Source of the DNA: Amoeboradix gromovi X-113
Taxonomy: Eukaryota > Fungi > Sanchytriomycota
Reading direction: 5' to 3'
NCBI GenBank assembly: GCA_018985225.1
Contig: JADGIF010000541.1
Span: forward strand, 1-6,876
Length of the DNA stretch: 6,876 bases
Shown here: one piece after another, positions 5,156-6,876 of the stretch
Layout of the letters: each line of letters starts with the position of its first letter
How positions within the stretch are numbered: position 1 is the stretch's first letter
Made by a program: the position numbers and the translations under genes
Notes under the pieces: model-generated
The model's database searches: none
The model's input: the letters and a program-made list of their open reading frames with translations, nothing else
What the model was told of the DNA's origin: nothing

Positions 5156-6481
5156 ATGACGGCGATAAGACTCGAGTTCTTTTCTTACTTTTTCGCAAAG
5201 GGATTGTTTTTTATATTCTCATTTGTGTATTTGTCTGCCAAAATTCTTGCTTTTCGGAATGTTGATATATTTGTGAAGTTGCTATTTGCCTCTGTGGCAT
5301 CTACTTCCATATCATTGCTATGCCTACTCCCTGTTGAAATATTAAACCTGTTGCCGCCAAACTCTCGGTTTTTTTTCTGGAAACTAGAAATATCTGTGCT
5401 GCTAATTTTAGTGATAATAGTTGTTCCTCTATATCAAATTCACTGCATAGCTCCTCTGAGATATCGATCTCTCTTTACTTTTTGCATTTATCTTCTGTAT
5501 CTTAAGCTTTTTAACTCTGTTTCTCTTGTTGACCAAAATGCCTCCACCTGGGATAACTACATCATTTCATTTGGCCTTCCCCGTGCTAGCGTTATTGGTG
5601 TAGCCTTGATGGCTTTTTTGAGTGGATTTGGCGCAGTTAATTCGCCTTACGAGACTATGTTTGTATTTATGCGCAAGGTTGATCATGATACCATAATTTC
5701 ATACGAACGCAGAATATGCTCCAGTCTTGATATGATCTATTTAAAAAGAGCGAGCGTATTGGAATTAAGAAACAGCAGTAATAATAAACAGTCGATTACA
5801 GGATTTGTCAAGGATATATGGAGCGGCAATTATAGTAAAACGCAGCAACTTAATGACGAGCTGTATGCATCAGAACAACTGTATGTGCAGATGCTGTATG
5901 AGCTAGATGAGCTGTACTGCGACAAACAAAAACTTGATTACAAATCGACCTGGAAAGGAAAGTACTATAACACATTGGGATGGTTGTTCTCGATTTATTG
6001 CATTTACAGGCTCATCATGTGCATCATAAACACTCTCTTTAACAGATTCGGAGAAATAGACCCCATAACAAATGTGTTGACTTTTTACATCAAATACACA
6101 AATCAGACCACTTTAGGTGAAGACGATATAGAAGCTATAACCCAACCGCTTAGCTTTATAAGTGTAGGTGTGTTAGTACTTTGCTCAATAAGAGGTGTGT
6201 TGATACAGTTGCTCAAGTTATTTAGACGATTCTCAAGAAACATACCCCCTCATCATATAATACTGCTGTTTTCTCAGTTACTGGGGATGTATTTTCTGAG
6301 TACCGTATTGCTGATGCGATTAAACTTGCCAGTTGCATACAGAGGACTATTGACTGAGGTGCTAGGCAACATGAGCTTTCATTTTTATCATAAATGGTTC
6401 GATGTGATATTCTTATTGTCGGCCTTGTCTTCTATATCCATTATATATATAGCAGAGTCGTCAAAGTCAAAAATTGATTAG
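5156..6481 (+). CDS. GPR89: Golgi pH regulator / GPCR-type G protein (GPR89/GPHR/GTG family), multi-pass membrane protein
   Basis: Family motifs EILNLL..NSRFFFWK, VIGVALMAFLSGFGAVNSPY, TWKGKYYN.LG..FSIYCIY, DPIT, SIRG.L..L.K.F, GMYFLSTVLLMR.NLP..YR and FYHKWFD.IFL.SAL. Multiple hydrophobic segments and a single uninterrupted ORF. The first ATG is 5156 (the track start at 5111 is TTG). Confidence 0.95.
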   Translation: MTAIRLEFFSYFFAKGLFFIFSFVYLSAKILAFRNVDIFVKLLFASVASTSISLLCLLPVEILNLLPPNSRFFFWKLEISVLLILVIIVVPLYQIHCIAPLRYRSLFTFCIYLLYLKLFNSVSLVDQNASTWDNYIISFGLPRASVIGVALMAFLSGFGAVNSPYETMFVFMRKVDHDTIISYERRICSSLDMIYLKRASVLELRNSSNNKQSITGFVKDIWSGNYSKTQQLNDELYASEQLYVQMLYELDELYCDKQKLDYKSTWKGKYYNTLGWLFSIYCIYRLIMCIINTLFNRFGEIDPITNVLTFYIKYTNQTTLGEDDIEAITQPLSFISVGVLVLCSIRGVLIQLLKLFRRFSRNIPPHHIILLFSQLLGMYFLSTVLLMRLNLPVAYRGLLTEVLGNMSFHFYHKWFDVIFLLSALSSISIIYIAESSKSKID

Positions 6482-6644
6482 ATGGGCCATCCAAATAAAT
6501 CATTTCAAGTTTAACGTTGTTCGAGTGACAGATGTGCTGCAATTGAAGGTTTTGGATGCAGTTCAGCATGCCATGTTCGCTTTCCAAATCTTCCTTTAAT
6601 AATCCTTCTCATAAGACATTGATATTGCCTAGTCAATGCTGGGT

Positions 6645-6782
6645 TTGCCAGTATCTTAATACCACTTTGGAGTCAGCTCTGTGGAATTTTCACGATGAGG
6701 GGAGCATACCAATAGTTGGACAGGAGCACGATGAAGCAGGTATATAAAGGATGTCAGAACTAGAGAGACGAGTGAATGTTGT
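6645..6782 (-). pseudogene. Relic of a hAT transposase C-terminal dimerisation domain
   Basis: The minus strand reads TFTRLSSSDILYIPASSCS (compare fP.Ls..ArdiL.iPaSS..sE), followed across frameshifts by TIGML, SPHR...LTPK and LRYW, in the order of the hATC domain. The ERxFS core is missing. Confidence 0.4.
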
Positions 6783-6876
6783 GCACTAGAGGTTGCGTAC
6801 CTTGGTGTTTTGGAAACCGCACTCAAGGAAAACATTGTGCGCTAAGTTTTTGTAATCGTAGTACACGCCATGAGTT

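Noticed and set aside
2093-6481. A pH-homeostasis cluster (PacC-like factor plus Golgi pH regulator)
   Set aside because: The link is nominal only. The factor lacks PacC's pH-responsive tail, and the genes are separated by transposon debris.
6556-6747. 63-aa plus-strand ORF
   Set aside because: No recognisable features, and antisense to the hAT dimerisation-like relic.

Overview
AT-rich, gene-dense, apparently intron-poor eukaryotic DNA in the standard genetic code. An early-diverging fungus or relative is my inference, and the taxon cannot be fixed from this window. Left part (1-2510): a duplicated two-gene module of a tiny hydrophobic glycine-zipper peptide plus a small C2H2/C2HC zinc-finger protein. 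The first peptide (155..307) is missing from the ORF track. The two zinc-finger paralogues share conserved promoter boxes, and a minimal PacC/Rim101-like three-finger protein follows. Middle (about 2600-4350): mobile-element debris, with the C-terminal part of a Fanzor/TnpB RNA-guided nuclease and a structured 3' tail (candidate omegaRNA) lying between two heavily decayed hAT-like transposase relics. Right part: an atypical RING-H2 gene divergent from an intact GPR89/GPHR (Golgi pH regulator, GTG-type) gene, then a probable hAT C-terminal dimerisation-domain relic. All family assignments are by-eye motif matches, and no searches were run.
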